A stretch of DNA of 64,000 bases from an uncultured Desulfobacterales bacterium (GTDB lineage Bacteria > Desulfobacterota > DSM-4660 > Desulfatiglandales > HGW-15). Location of the stretch: positions 70,935 through 134,934 of the forward strand of contig CAZYJR010000006.1 of assembly GCA_964647905.1 (NCBI GenBank), read 5' to 3'. Shown piece after piece: positions 1 through 10,154 of this stretch (positions are counted from its first letter, which is position 1; every line of letters starts with the position of its first letter). The notes below the pieces were generated by a model. The model ran no database searches. It was not told where the DNA came from and saw nothing but the letters and a program-made list of their open reading frames with translations. The position numbers were made by a program, and so were the translations under genes.

Positions 1-453
1 CTGAGGACCTCGAGACTCCTCCGGAGGGCCGGCTACGAGCACTACGAGGTCTCGAACTTCGCGCTTCCGGGGCACGAATCACGCCACAACTCCAAGTACT
101 GGCGGCGGGTCCCGTACCTGGGCCTGGGCCCGTCCGCCCATTCCATGCTGGGGGCCCGGAGGTGGTGGAACCACGCCTCCATCGAGAAATACCTGGAGGA
201 CCTCTCCCTGGGCGCGCGGCCCGTCGAAGGGGAGGAGACGCTGACCGCGGAGCAAGAGGCCGTGGAGACCCTGCTCCTGGGGCTTAGGACCGGCCGAGGG
301 GTGGCGCTCGAGTCCGTGCCCGAGACATCCCGGAGAAAAGACTCGGTAAGGCTGCTCGAGCAGCAGGGGCTGGCCCGGCTGGAAGGAGGGAGGCTGGTCC
401 CCACCAGGCGCGGTTTCCTGGTGGCGGACAGCCTGCCCCTGCTCTTTTTGTAG
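1..453 (+). CDS. hemW: C-terminal fragment of a HemW/HemN-like radical SAM haem chaperone (5' end lies outside the window)
   Basis: Frame 1 is open from base 1. The translation LRTSRLLRRAGYEHYEVSNFALPGHESRHNSKYW..LGLGPSAHS resembles the HemN_C region of HemW-type proteins. The ORF track only lists the part from internal Met 145. Confidence 0.7.
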   Translation: MRTSRLLRRAGYEHYEVSNFALPGHESRHNSKYWRRVPYLGLGPSAHSMLGARRWWNHASIEKYLEDLSLGARPVEGEETLTAEQEAVETLLLGLRTGRGVALESVPETSRRKDSVRLLEQQGLARLEGGRLVPTRRGFLVADSLPLLFL

Positions 454-574
454 CGGAATTTGTTTTATCGTTGAACCGGAGGCCCGATCCGGTTATAGAG
501 TGGGCGGATGAGAACAGCAAAGCCGCAGCCCCGGGCGAAACGGGGCGGGTGAAACCCCGGAAGGAGGAGGAAAC

Positions 575-1423
575 ATGGAGATCAGCACGATGGGCGTGGT
601 GGGAGCCGGGCAGATGGGCTCGGGCATAGCCCAGGTATCCGCCGCTGCGGGCATGGCCGTGGTTATGATGGACGTGGAGGAGAGATTCTTGGAGAGGGGA
701 TTCTCGGTCATAGAAAAGAACCTCACAAGGGCGGTGGAAAAGGGCAAGATGCCCGAGGACGAGAAAGACGCGATCCTGGGGAGGATCGAGGGCACCACCG
801 GCCTGGAGGACATGGCCAAGGCGGACTTCGTGGTGGAGGCGGCCACCGAGGACCAGGCCCTCAAGCTGGGGATTTTCCGCGACCTCGATCAATACTGCCG
901 CGCGGGCGTGATCCTGGCCACCAACACCTCGTCCATTTCCATCACCAAGATAGCCGGAGTCACCCAAAGGCCCGACGCGGTGATCGGTATGCACTTCATG
1001 AACCCGGTGCCGGTGATGAAGCTGGTGGAGGTGATAAGAGGCCTGGCCACCTCGGATGCGACCATGGAGACCACGAAGGCACTGGCCGAGAGGCTGGGGA
1101 AGACCCCGGTCCCGGCGAACGACTACCCCGGATTCGCCATCAACCGCATACTCATGCCCATGATAAACGAGGCGGTGTGCGCCCTCTTCGAGGGGGTGGG
1201 CGAGGCCGAGGACATCGACCGGATCATGAAGCTCGGCGCGAACCACCCCATGGGCCCCCTGGCCCTGGCCGACCTCATAGGGCTGGACACCTGCCTGGCC
1301 ATAATGCGGGTCCTCCACCAGGGCCTGGGAGACGACAAGTACAGGCCCTGCCCCCTGCTGGTCAAGTACGTGGATGCGGGCTGGCTGGGCAGGAAGACGG
1401 GCAAAGGGTTCTACGGTTACTAG
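575..1423 (+). CDS. hbd: 3-hydroxybutyryl-CoA / 3-hydroxyacyl-CoA dehydrogenase
   Basis: 282 aa. N-terminal Rossmann motif [12 protein letters not shown], then the typical 3HCDH N and C regions ([30 protein letters not shown]). SD GGAGGAGG lies upstream. Confidence 0.85.
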   Translation: MEISTMGVVGAGQMGSGIAQVSAAAGMAVVMMDVEERFLERGFSVIEKNLTRAVEKGKMPEDEKDAILGRIEGTTGLEDMAKADFVVEAATEDQALKLGIFRDLDQYCRAGVILATNTSSISITKIAGVTQRPDAVIGMHFMNPVPVMKLVEVIRGLATSDATMETTKALAERLGKTPVPANDYPGFAINRILMPMINEAVCALFEGVGEAEDIDRIMKLGANHPMGPLALADLIGLDTCLAIMRVLHQGLGDDKYRPCPLLVKYVDAGWLGRKTGKGFYGY

Positions 1424-1554
1424 GGATTTGTTGTTTGCCCGGTGCTCGAAACTGTGTTAATTTCGGCGTGGAGGCCGAATCGGTCGCCCCGCACCGTGAT
1501 CGGTTTCAGGAAACCATCCATCGATCAAACCAGTGATTAAATCGGGAGTACGCC

Positions 1555-1935
1555 ATGGCCAAGATACTCATTGTGGACGACGAAGAACATATACGGTTCC
1601 TTTACTCCGAAGAGCTCACAGAGGCGGGATACGAAGTGATCACCGCGGACAGCGGCTACAGGCTCCTGGAGAGGATCGAGGAGGAGAAGCCCGACCTGGT
1701 GGTCCTGGACATCAAGATGGTGGACTACAACGGCTTGGATCTGCTCCAGGACATAAGGAACAAGTTCTACGATCTGCCGGTGGTCCTCTGCACGGCCTAC
1801 GACACGTTCAAGGAGGACATGAAGTCCATAGCCGCGGACTTTTACGTGATCAAGTCCTTCGACCTGACCGAGCTCAAGAACAAGATCTCCATGGCCCTGG
1901 ACGCGGGGCCCAAGCCTGAAAAGCCCCCTGCGTGA
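1555..1935 (+). CDS. single-domain response regulator (CheY-like receiver)
   Basis: 126 aa. ILIVDDEE acidic pocket, VVLDIKM phospho-Asp context, and a conserved Lys in the FYVIKSF region. Confidence 0.85.
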   Translation: MAKILIVDDEEHIRFLYSEELTEAGYEVITADSGYRLLERIEEEKPDLVVLDIKMVDYNGLDLLQDIRNKFYDLPVVLCTAYDTFKEDMKSIAADFYVIKSFDLTELKNKISMALDAGPKPEKPPA

Positions 1936-1947
1936 GCCCGCCCGGGC

Positions 1948-2421
1948 TCACTTGTGGTAGCCCTCTCCCGCCATGATGGTGCAGGCCCGGTAAAGCTGCT
2001 CCAGGAGCACCAGCCTGGTCATCTCATGGGTGAGGGTGAGCCGGGAGAGACTGAGCACCTCGGCCGAGCCCTCCACCGCCTCCCGGCTGAGTCCCAGCGG
2101 GCCTCCTATCAGGAAGCAGACCCGGCCGCCCGGCCGCGAGGCCATGCGCCCCAGCCAGGCCGCCAACTCCATAGAGTCATACTGCCTCCCCTCCCGGTCC
2201 AGGGCCACCGGGTGGTCGTCCCTTCCCAGGCGCTTGAGCAGCGAGACCCCCTCCTCGCGCACCACCTCTTCCTCCGAACGCCCCTTTTTCACCCGAACGG
2301 GCTTTACCTCCTCCCATTCGGTCCTTGCATACCGCCTGAGGCGCTCCAGGTAAAAGGCCTCCCCCTGCCTCAGGAACGCCGATCTGGTCCTGTCCACCAC
2401 CACGATCTTGAGCCGCAGCAT
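1948..2421 (-). CDS. rlmH: 23S rRNA (pseudouridine1915-N3)-methyltransferase RlmH
   Basis: 157 aa SPOUT protein. C-terminal FLIGGPLGLS..LSLSRLTLTHEM..LEQLYRA is typical of RlmH. Confidence 0.85.
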   Translation of the reverse strand: MLRLKIVVVDRTRSAFLRQGEAFYLERLRRYARTEWEEVKPVRVKKGRSEEEVVREEGVSLLKRLGRDDHPVALDREGRQYDSMELAAWLGRMASRPGGRVCFLIGGPLGLSREAVEGSAEVLSLSRLTLTHEMTRLVLLEQLYRACTIMAGEGYHK

Positions 2422-2431
2422 CAGACCGGGA

Positions 2432-3946
2432 TCACTCCTTCTCCTCTTCCAGCCCCAGGATGCGGGCGATCTCGGCCGCGGTCTCCTTGACGAACCGCTC
2501 CAGGTCCCCTCCCTCCAGGGGGCTCCCGGGCTCCGGGACCCGCTCCAGAGAGGCGGGCCGCACCACGGTGGGGGCGTTCTTCAGTTCGGGCCTGGGCCTG
2601 ATCCCGAAGGCCGGGTCAAAGGCGTCCTCGAAGTACATGTCCTGGAACCCGAGGAACTTGAGCATGTGGGCGGTGGAGTCCAGGACGCCGGTCTCGTCGC
2701 ACCCCACCAGGCCCTGCTCCACGGCCCGGGCGAAACCGGCCATGGACTCGCCGCCCTGGGTGCAGGCTATGTTGCCGTTTCGGTTGGCTATGATCATGGA
2801 GTCCATGATCTCCTGCTCCGAGACCCTGACCACGAACACGCGCCTGCCGCCCGCGACCCGCTCGTAGCGGCCGACCAGGTCCACCACCCTGGGCATGGAG
2901 ACCGGGTTGCCGATCATGGCCGCCTGGGCCACGCTGGGGCGGACGCTCACCGGCCTGAACTCACGCCTCCCGGGCTCCTCCTCCGTGTAATACCTGAAGA
3001 CCGGGTCGGCGTGCTCGGACTGGACTCCCACCACCTTGGGGAGCCCGGAGATGATCCCAAGCTCCCGGAACTTGAGGAACCCCTCCAGGACCGCGGTGAT
3101 GTTCCCGGCGTTGCCTATGGGGAGCACCACCACCTTGTCCTCCACCTCATAGTCGAAGTCCTGGGCTGTCTCGAACGAGAAGGACTCCTGCCCCAGGATG
3201 CGCCAACTGTTCTTGGAGTTCAAGAGAGCCACGTGGTAGCGGTCCGCCAGGGTCTCCACCACCTTCATGCAGTCGTCGAACACGCCCGGGATCTCCAGCA
3301 CGCGGGCCCCGCTTCCCAGGGGTTGGCCCAACTGCTGCGGGGTCACCTTCCCGTGGGGCAGGAGCACGGCCGACTTGAGGAACTCCTCCAGGTACGAGGC
3401 GTAAAGGGCCGCAGAGGCCGAGGTGTCCCCGGTGGAGGCGCAGATGGAAAGGAGGCTCTTCACCCCCTGCTCGGCCGCGTAATGGTTGAGGAAGCTCAAG
3501 GCGCACGCCATTCCCCTGTCCTTGAAGGATGCGCTGGGGTTGAGGCCGTCGTTCTTGAAGTAGAAGTCGCGGCCCAGCTCGCCCCTAAGGCGTGGGTTGG
3601 CCCTCACCACCGGTGTGTGTCCCTCGCCCAAATAGACTATGCGCTCCAGGGGTATCACCGGCGCGATGAACTCGTAGTACCTGAAGACCCCCTTCAGAGA
3701 CTGGATGTTGAGCATGCGGCGGTAGTCCAGGATCCGCCTCCAGTCCTCCGACGGGGTCTCGGCCAGCGCGGGGAAACCGGGGTCCCGGAGCATGAGGACG
3801 CTCCCGCATTCGGGACAGGTGTAGAGGAGCCTTTCCGTGCCGGACTCCCGGCCGCACCCCAGGCAGTGGTACACCATCTCCCCCCGGGGCTCGGGCACCA
3901 GCCCGGGGCGTATCTCTTCAGGGAAGTCTTGGAGTTTCATAATCAT
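2432..3946 (-). CDS. thrC: threonine synthase (long form with N-terminal zinc ribbon)
   Basis: 504 aa. CLGCG..CPECG ribbon at the N-terminus. PLP-lysine motif NPSASFKDRGMA and the GEGHTPVV substrate-loop region are present. Confidence 0.85.
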   Translation of the reverse strand: MIMKLQDFPEEIRPGLVPEPRGEMVYHCLGCGRESGTERLLYTCPECGSVLMLRDPGFPALAETPSEDWRRILDYRRMLNIQSLKGVFRYYEFIAPVIPLERIVYLGEGHTPVVRANPRLRGELGRDFYFKNDGLNPSASFKDRGMACALSFLNHYAAEQGVKSLLSICASTGDTSASAALYASYLEEFLKSAVLLPHGKVTPQQLGQPLGSGARVLEIPGVFDDCMKVVETLADRYHVALLNSKNSWRILGQESFSFETAQDFDYEVEDKVVVLPIGNAGNITAVLEGFLKFRELGIISGLPKVVGVQSEHADPVFRYYTEEEPGRREFRPVSVRPSVAQAAMIGNPVSMPRVVDLVGRYERVAGGRRVFVVRVSEQEIMDSMIIANRNGNIACTQGGESMAGFARAVEQGLVGCDETGVLDSTAHMLKFLGFQDMYFEDAFDPAFGIRPRPELKNAPTVVRPASLERVPEPGSPLEGGDLERFVKETAAEIARILGLEEEKE

Positions 3947-4104
3947 CCTTTCTCTCTCGCTGAAAATCAGGAATTCGGGTCCTGGTTACAATAAACCCTT
4001 TCGGATTGCAAAGGCAAACACGTTGGGCCTTGAGCGGAGGGCGGGATCGTGATACATAGACCGGCACCGGCGGGCGGGGCGTCCGGCCGGGGACGGGGTT
4101 CGAG

Positions 4105-5106
4105 ATGATTACGGAGCATATCAAGGAGGTCCTGAGGATCGAGGCCCAGGCCATCCTGGATCTGGTGGACCGGGTGGGGCCGGATTTGGAAAAGGCGGTC
4201 CGGATGATCCTGGAGGCCAGGGGAAGGGTGATACTGACCGGGATGGGCAAGTCCGGTCTGGTGGCCAGGAAGATTTCCGCCACCCTGAACAGCACCGGCA
4301 CGCCCTCGCTTTTCCTGCACCCGGCCGAGGCCATCCACGGCGACCTGGGGATGGTCACGGGCGACGACATAATCCTTGCCATATCCAACAGCGGGAGGAC
4401 CGCGGAGATCAATCAACTGCTTCCCATTCTCAAGGGGATGGAAGCGCGGATCATATCCATGACCGGCCGGCTAGACTCACCCATGGCCAGAGAGAGCGAC
4501 GTGGTGATCGACGTGGCGGTGGAGCGCGAGGCCTGCCCCATGGGACTGGCGCCGACCGCGAGCACCACCGCGGCCCTGGCCATGGGCGACGCCCTGGCCG
4601 TGGCCCTCATCCACTGCCGGAGGTTCAGCCGCAAGGACTTCCGGAGGTTCCACCCGGGCGGGACCCTGGGAGAGCGGCTCTCCACCCGGGTGGGAGAGGT
4701 CATGCTCACCGGGGAGAGGATCCCGCTGGTCCGCTCGGGCGTGACCCTGGAAGAGGCGGTCGGAGAGATCGAGGAAAAGAGCCTCGGCGCGGCCCTGGTG
4801 GTGGACGGGGACGAGCGCCTGGCAGGCATCATCACGGACGGCGACCTTCGCAGGGTGCTGGCCGGGCGGGGTGGGATCGGCGGCCTCAGGGCCGAAGACG
4901 CCATGTCCCCCGCGCCCAAGACGGTGCACGAGGATCAGACTGCCGCCGAGGCCCTGGGCCTCATGGAGATGTTCGCCATCACCCATCTGGCCATACTGGA
5001 CAAGAAAAGGAGGGTGAAGGGCGTGGTCCACCTCCACGACCTGCTGGGCAGGGAGGAGTTCCGCATCAATGGTGGAATCCAGGTTACCCCACGGCCTGAT
5101 AGTTGA
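4105..5106 (+). CDS. kdsD: arabinose-5-phosphate isomerase (KpsF/GutQ family: SIS domain plus two CBS domains)
   Basis: 333 aa. SIS motif VILTGMGKSG..ISNSGRT, followed by a CBS pair (GIITDGDLRR, GVVHLHDLL). Confidence 0.85.
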   Translation: MITEHIKEVLRIEAQAILDLVDRVGPDLEKAVRMILEARGRVILTGMGKSGLVARKISATLNSTGTPSLFLHPAEAIHGDLGMVTGDDIILAISNSGRTAEINQLLPILKGMEARIISMTGRLDSPMARESDVVIDVAVEREACPMGLAPTASTTAALAMGDALAVALIHCRRFSRKDFRRFHPGGTLGERLSTRVGEVMLTGERIPLVRSGVTLEEAVGEIEEKSLGAALVVDGDERLAGIITDGDLRRVLAGRGGIGGLRAEDAMSPAPKTVHEDQTAAEALGLMEMFAITHLAILDKKRRVKGVVHLHDLLGREEFRINGGIQVTPRPDS

Positions 5107-6019
5107 GCTGCTGACCCCGCTGGACTCGGAGGGCGCAGTGGACCGCCGCGGGCTGGCCGCTCAGTTGGAGCGCCTCCGGGTTCATGCGGATGGCATCCTC
5201 TTGTGCGGGCCCTGGGCGGGCAGGGGGCTCTCCCTCACCGCGGCCCGGAGGGCGGAGGTCCTGGAGGCGGCGGCCGCCGGGGCGGGAGGCGACACACCCC
5301 TGCTTGCATGGATCACCGGGCGGTCTCCGGACGAGACCGCCGGGAACCTGGCCTCCCTGGAGGCCCGAGTCCGGGAGGCCGGCGCCGAAACGCCGATCTC
5401 CTGGGTGGACACCCCCCTCTTCCACCACAGCAACAGGGGGCTTCCCGCGTATTACAGGGACCTTCTGTCCGTCGCCGGGAGGCCCGTGATCCTCTGGAAC
5501 GACCCGGAACTGGTCAAGGAGTCCGGCAAGGCCCTCAAGAGGTCCCACATCCGCACGGCCGTGCTAAAGGAGCTTGCACACCTCGAAGAGATCCGGGGGC
5601 TGATCTTCACGGGGTCCCTGGAGCGATGCCGGAACTACCGCAAGGCCGCCGGGTTCAGGGCCGAGTTCCGGATCTACGACGGTGACGAGGATCAGTTCCT
5701 GGCACACCCCAGCAGCCACGGGGTGGTCTCCCAGGGCGCGAACCTGGCTCCATCGGCCTGGCGGGAGGTCGCGGCCTACTCGCTTCAAGGCGGCCCCGAG
5801 GGCGGAGGACGAACCGACCGCCTGAGGCGGATCTGGGACCTGGGGCAATTCCTCCACGCGCTGCGGGAAACCTACTTGAAATCGCCGGCCCCGCTTATCC
5901 AAGGAGCCCTCCAGGCAAGCGGCGTCCTCGAGACCGGAGCCCCGCCGTACGAGGAGCCCGCCGATCCCGCAGGGGTATCCTGCCTGGCGTCCATGATCAA
6001 GGATAGGGGGGAGGCCTGA
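5069..6019 (+). CDS. DapA/DHDPS-family-like (TIM-barrel aldolase-like) protein; function uncertain
   Basis: 316 aa ORF overlapping the kdsD 3' end by 38 nt. The N-terminus GLIVELLTPLDSEGAVDRRGLAAQLERL.. resembles the start of dihydrodipicolinate synthase family proteins. I could not locate a clear catalytic Lys motif. Confidence 0.4.
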   Translation: MVESRLPHGLIVELLTPLDSEGAVDRRGLAAQLERLRVHADGILLCGPWAGRGLSLTAARRAEVLEAAAAGAGGDTPLLAWITGRSPDETAGNLASLEARVREAGAETPISWVDTPLFHHSNRGLPAYYRDLLSVAGRPVILWNDPELVKESGKALKRSHIRTAVLKELAHLEEIRGLIFTGSLERCRNYRKAAGFRAEFRIYDGDEDQFLAHPSSHGVVSQGANLAPSAWREVAAYSLQGGPEGGGRTDRLRRIWDLGQFLHALRETYLKSPAPLIQGALQASGVLETGAPPYEEPADPAGVSCLASMIKDRGEA

Positions 6020-6133
6020 GCCCCCGCCGGGCGTTCCCCTGGGGAAACGGCCTTGACACCCGGGCCGGATGCGATAGAGTACGCACCCGGCCCCGGGGGG
6101 CGCCCCCGCAAAATCAGCAGGAGACAAAGACCC

Positions 6134-8146
6134 ATGAAGAACGACCTGGATACCATTTGTATAAACACCATCCGCATGCTCTCAGCAGACGGAGTGGAGC
6201 GGGCCAAGTCCGGACACCCCGGACTTCCCATGGGCTGCGCGCCCATGGCCTACGTGCTCTGGACCCGGCATCTCAAGCACGACCCGGCCGATCCCCAATG
6301 GCCGGACAGGGACCGCTTCGTCCTCTCGGCCGGCCATGGATCCATGCTCCTCTACAGCCTGCTCCACCTGACCGGCTATGACCTCTCCCTCGAGGACCTC
6401 AAGGAATTCAGGCAGTGGGGGAGCCGCACGCCGGGCCACCCCGAGTTCGGCAGGACCCCGGGTGTGGAGACCACCACCGGCCCGCTGGGACAGGGCCTTG
6501 CGAACGCCGTGGGTATGGCCGCGGCCGAGCGCTTCCTGGCGGCCCGATTCAACCGCCCCGGCCACGAGATCGTGGACCACCGGACCTATGTCCTGGCAAG
6601 CGACGGGGACCTGATGGAGGGCATAAGCCACGAGGCCGCATCCCTCGCAGGGCACCTGAGGTTGGGAAGGCTGATCTGCCTCTACGACGACAACCGCATA
6701 ACCATAGACGGCGGGACCGAGCTCAGCTTCACCGAGGACCGGGAGGCCAGGTTCGCCGCCTACGGATGGCACACCCTGCGGGTGGAGGACGGAAACGACC
6801 CGGAGGCCCTGGACCGGGCCATACGGGAGGCCCGGGAGGAGGAAGAACGGCCCTCGCTGATATCGGTCCGCACCCGCATAGGCTTCGGGAGCCCGAACAA
6901 GCAGGACAAATCCTCGGCCCACGGCGAACCCTTGGGGGAGGAGGAGCTGCGGCTGACCAAGGAGAGTCTGGGCTGGCCGCAGGATCCCCGGTTCCACATC
7001 CCTCAGGAAGCCCTGAAGAGATTCGGGCGGGCCCTGGAAGAGGGGCGGCGAAGCCGCGGGGAATGGCTGGAGCGCATGGCCGCTTACAAGGACGAGCACC
7101 CCGATCTCGCGGCGGAGTGGGAGAGATGGATCTCCATGGAGATGCCCTCAGGCCTGGAGCGGGACATACCCGCGTTCGAGCCCGGTGCAAAGGCCGTGGC
7201 CACCCGCGCGGCCTCGGGAAAGGTATTGAACGCGCTGGCCCGGAGGCTACCCAACCTGGCCGGGGGCTCGGCCGACCTCTCCCCTTCCAACAAGACCGTG
7301 GTGGAAGGGGCGCCGGTCTTCCGGGCCGGGGCCTACGAGGGGCGGAATTTCCACTTCGGCGTGCGGGAGCACGCCATGGCCGGGATGATGAACGGCATGG
7401 CGCTCCACGGCGGCCTGATTCCATACTGCGGGACCTTCCTGATATTCGCCGACTACATGCGCCCGGCCATGCGTTTGGCAGCCATGATGGGCCTCAGGGT
7501 GATATACATCCTCACCCACGACAGCATCGGCCTGGGAGAGGACGGCCCCACACACCAGCCCATAGAGCAGTTGGCCGCACTCAGGGCCATCCCCGGGCTC
7601 ACCCTGATACGGCCGGCTGATGCGGGCGAGACAGCCGAGGCCTGGATGAACGCACTCACCAGGCGGGACGGGCCCACGGCCCTGTCCCTGACCAGGCAGG
7701 GGGTGCCGGTACTGGACCGCGGCGGGTGTCCGGGCGGGGTCCACAAGGGGGCCTATATACTGAGAGAGGCCCGGGGCGGCCGGCCGGACGTGATCCTGAT
7801 CGGCACGGGCTCCGAGGTGGGCATCGCCCTGGAGGCGGCGGTTCAAGTGGAAAGGGCCGCGGCGAGCGCGAGGGTGGTTAGCATGCCTTCCTGGGAGCTC
7901 TTCGAGGCCCAGCCCGAGGAATACCGCAAGGAGGTGCTCCCGCCCGAGATCACCGCGAGGGTGGTGATTGAGGCCGGGGCCACCCAGGGGTGGTGCAGGT
8001 ATGCGGGCGAGAGGGGCATCGTACTGGGGATCGACCGATTCGGCGCGTCCGCCCCGTATGAGGTCCTCTACGAACGTTTCGGGCTGACCCCGGAAAGAGC
8101 GGCGGAGGCGGCCTTGTCCCTGCTGGGGGCGGATCAGGGCAGGTAG
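6134..8146 (+). CDS. tkt: transketolase
   Basis: Start moved to the ATG at 6134 ([30 protein letters not shown]), the canonical Tkt N-terminus. TPP motifs GDG..EG and [16 protein letters not shown] are present. Confidence 0.9.
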   Translation: MKNDLDTICINTIRMLSADGVERAKSGHPGLPMGCAPMAYVLWTRHLKHDPADPQWPDRDRFVLSAGHGSMLLYSLLHLTGYDLSLEDLKEFRQWGSRTPGHPEFGRTPGVETTTGPLGQGLANAVGMAAAERFLAARFNRPGHEIVDHRTYVLASDGDLMEGISHEAASLAGHLRLGRLICLYDDNRITIDGGTELSFTEDREARFAAYGWHTLRVEDGNDPEALDRAIREAREEEERPSLISVRTRIGFGSPNKQDKSSAHGEPLGEEELRLTKESLGWPQDPRFHIPQEALKRFGRALEEGRRSRGEWLERMAAYKDEHPDLAAEWERWISMEMPSGLERDIPAFEPGAKAVATRAASGKVLNALARRLPNLAGGSADLSPSNKTVVEGAPVFRAGAYEGRNFHFGVREHAMAGMMNGMALHGGLIPYCGTFLIFADYMRPAMRLAAMMGLRVIYILTHDSIGLGEDGPTHQPIEQLAALRAIPGLTLIRPADAGETAEAWMNALTRRDGPTALSLTRQGVPVLDRGGCPGGVHKGAYILREARGGRPDVILIGTGSEVGIALEAAVQVERAAASARVVSMPSWELFEAQPEEYRKEVLPPEITARVVIEAGATQGWCRYAGERGIVLGIDRFGASAPYEVLYERFGLTPERAAEAALSLLGADQGR

Positions 8147-8853
8147 TCCGGGCGCACGTTTGAAAGTGCGTGGAAGATGTTCCCCTTGATCTTGCGGTTG
8201 CTCCGGTAGAGGGATCGGAGCATGCCGCTCACCTCGCTCCTCTTGGTCGACCCGGCGCTGGGGCAGCCGAGATCGATCTCCGGCCATCCCATAGCCTTGG
8301 AGTATCGCTCCAAAACGGCTTCGTCCACCAGGTAGAGGGGCCGTATCACGGTCATCTCCCCTCCGAAGAACTCCTGCACGGGCTTCATGGTGCTGATCGA
8401 GGCCCCGTAGAAGATGTTCAGGAACAGGGTCTCGATCACGTCGTCCTTGTGATGGCCGAAGGCGATCTTGTTGCACCCCAGCTCCGCAGCCTTCTCGAAA
8501 AGGGCCTTCCTCCGCAGCCTTGAGCAGAGAAAGCAGGGGTTCTCCCGGTTTTCAGGCCCGTGCGCCCGGGGGCCAAAATCGCTCCTTATCACGCTGAAGG
8601 GGAACCCGTGCTCCTCCAGCCAGGCCGCCATCCGGCCGGCCGAGTCAGCGCCGAAGCCCGGGTCCACGTGGACCGCAATGATGTCGTAGTCCACCGGGAT
8701 CCTGGCCAGGCGCTCCCTCAGGAGCCAGAGGAGAGCGAGGCTGTCCTTCCCGCCGGATACGGCCGCCAGTATTCGGTCCCCGCCCGAGATCATGCCCCAG
8801 CGGTGGATGGCCTTCCCGCTCAGGCGCTTGATCTCTTTGGCCGCGTAACTCAA
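8134..8853 (-). CDS. ttcA: tRNA 2-thiocytidine biosynthesis protein TtcA (PP-loop ATPase)
   Basis: 239 aa. PP-loop SGGKDS and the CFLCSRLRR Cys motif. Confidence 0.8.
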   Translation of the reverse strand: MSYAAKEIKRLSGKAIHRWGMISGGDRILAAVSGGKDSLALLWLLRERLARIPVDYDIIAVHVDPGFGADSAGRMAAWLEEHGFPFSVIRSDFGPRAHGPENRENPCFLCSRLRRKALFEKAAELGCNKIAFGHHKDDVIETLFLNIFYGASISTMKPVQEFFGGEMTVIRPLYLVDEAVLERYSKAMGWPEIDLGCPSAGSTKRSEVSGMLRSLYRSNRKIKGNIFHALSNVRPDYLP

Positions 8854-8867
8854 GACCCGCGCCGCCC

Positions 8868-9521
8868 TCAGCCCCGCTCCCCGAAGATCAGGGTCCCTAT
8901 CCGCACCAGGTTCGCGCCCTCCTCCAGGGCAACCTTGTAGGAGTTGGACATGCCCATGGAGAGGCAGCGCATGTCCACCCCGGGGATTCCCACTGAGCGG
9001 ATCTCCTCGAAGAGCTCCCTTGTGGTGCGGAAGTACGGCCGGGATTCCTCAGGGTCCCCGGTAAAGGGGCCCATGGTCATGAGGCCCCGGACCTCCACGC
9101 TTTCCATGGAGGAGATCTCCCGGACCAGCCCGGCGGTCTCCTCGGGCCTTACCCCGGCCTTGTTCTCCTCGCGGCCGCTGTTGACCTCCACCAGCACCGG
9201 CATCCTGATCCCGGCCTTGGCGCACTCCTTGTCTATCTCCCGGGCCAGGCGCACGGAGTCCACGGTCTCGATCATGTCGAATATGCGTACCGCCTTTTTC
9301 ACCTTGTTCCGCTGCAGGTGCCCGATCATGTGCCACTTGACCCGCCGGCCCACCCGCTCGAATACCGCCTCGGCCTCCTGGAGGTAGTTCTCCCCGACTA
9401 TCCTCAGGCCGCCTTCGACGGCCTCAAGGATCTCCTCGGCCGAACGCGTCTTGGCCGCGGCCACCAGCTCCACCCCGGCCGGGAGCTCGTCCAGGATGCG
9501 CCTGACGTTCTCTCTTATCAT
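8868..9521 (-). CDS. yggS: YggS-family pyridoxal-phosphate homeostasis protein
   Basis: Start set at ATG 9521 (MIRENVRRI..), preceded by AAGGAG. Motifs AAAKTR..VGENYLQE..WHMIGHLQRNK..RIGTLIFG are typical of YggS. Confidence 0.85.
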   Translation of the reverse strand: MIRENVRRILDELPAGVELVAAAKTRSAEEILEAVEGGLRIVGENYLQEAEAVFERVGRRVKWHMIGHLQRNKVKKAVRIFDMIETVDSVRLAREIDKECAKAGIRMPVLVEVNSGREENKAGVRPEETAGLVREISSMESVEVRGLMTMGPFTGDPEESRPYFRTTRELFEEIRSVGIPGVDMRCLSMGMSNSYKVALEEGANLVRIGTLIFGERG

Positions 9522-9694
9522 CGCCCGCTCCTTTTCGGGCCTCTCGGCCCGCTCAACGTCTTGACACACCACTCTACTACCCCGTGGAGCGGGATTTCAA
9601 CAACAGAGGAGGAGCGGGGTTGAAGTCCGGGTAAAGACAGGGCCTCCCGCCCCGATCCCAGGGACGGGAGGCCCCGCGAAGGAGGGTATACGGA

Positions 9695-10027
9695 TCAGCA
9701 GCTGCAGGAACCGCCCGTGCCGCAACTGGTGCCGCAACCGCCTCCGGCGTTGAGGTTGGACTGGATGGAGAACCCCGATCCCATGGCGGTCTCCACGAAG
9801 TCCACGTTGATGGGCTTTACCTGCTCGTATAGATCCCTGTTGATCACATAAGTGATCTCGTTCTTCTCGAATACTTGGTCGTCTTCCTTAGGCTCGTCCA
9901 GAGCCATGCCCAGCGAGGGCCCGGCTCAACCGCCTTGGGCGAGAAAAATCCTTATGCCGGGGACCTCCTCCTTGTCCTTTAGGAAGTCCTTGATCATGCC
10001 GTCGGCCTTGTCCGTTACTTGAAGCAT
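9695..10027 (-). CDS. HesB/IscA-like small protein with an in-frame TGA (putative selenocysteine) and a Cys/Gly-rich tail
   Basis: ATG at 10027-10025 is preceded by AGGAGG with a 6-nt spacer. Translation is MLQVTDKADGMIKDFLKDKEEVPGIRIFLAQGG-TGA(9928-9926)-AGPSLGMALDEPKEDD.., continuing in frame into the 70-aa ORF of the track (9695..9907). The TGA sits where HesB-like proteins have the GG-Cys-xG cysteine. Confidence 0.7.
9901..9927 (-). promoter_or_regulatory. candidate SECIS-like hairpin immediately 3' of the in-frame UGA
   Basis: The mRNA reads UGAGCCGGGCCCUCGCUGGGCAUGGCUC. It can form an outer stem GAGCC/GGCUC, an inner stem GCCC/GGGC and a loop UCGCU. Folded by eye only. Confidence 0.4.
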
Positions 10028-10154
10028 TTTGTCCTCCTGATTATTCTCTGCCCCGCCGGGGCAGGGTTAAGTCTTTTAATCTATACATCGGCCGTGGATT
10101 GTCAATCCCTTTCCGCCGTCATGCTTGTATAGAGCCGGAAACGCGCATCAGGTT

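Noticed and set aside
284-1318. 344-aa minus-strand ORF across hemW/hbd
   Set aside because: It is antisense to hbd, which has clear Rossmann and 3HCDH motifs, and its composition is low-complexity.
2408-3994. 528-aa plus-strand ORF covering the whole thrC locus
   Set aside because: It is antisense to a well-supported threonine synthase gene. The translation is Gly/Pro/Arg/His-rich with no motifs, which is typical high-GC shadow ORF behaviour.
6182-8476. Several long ORFs inside or antisense to tkt (6182..7099 -, 6415..7620 +, 6729..7424 -, 7247..8476 -)
   Set aside because: All overlap the strongly supported transketolase frame. Their translations are Arg/Pro/Gly-rich without recognisable domains.
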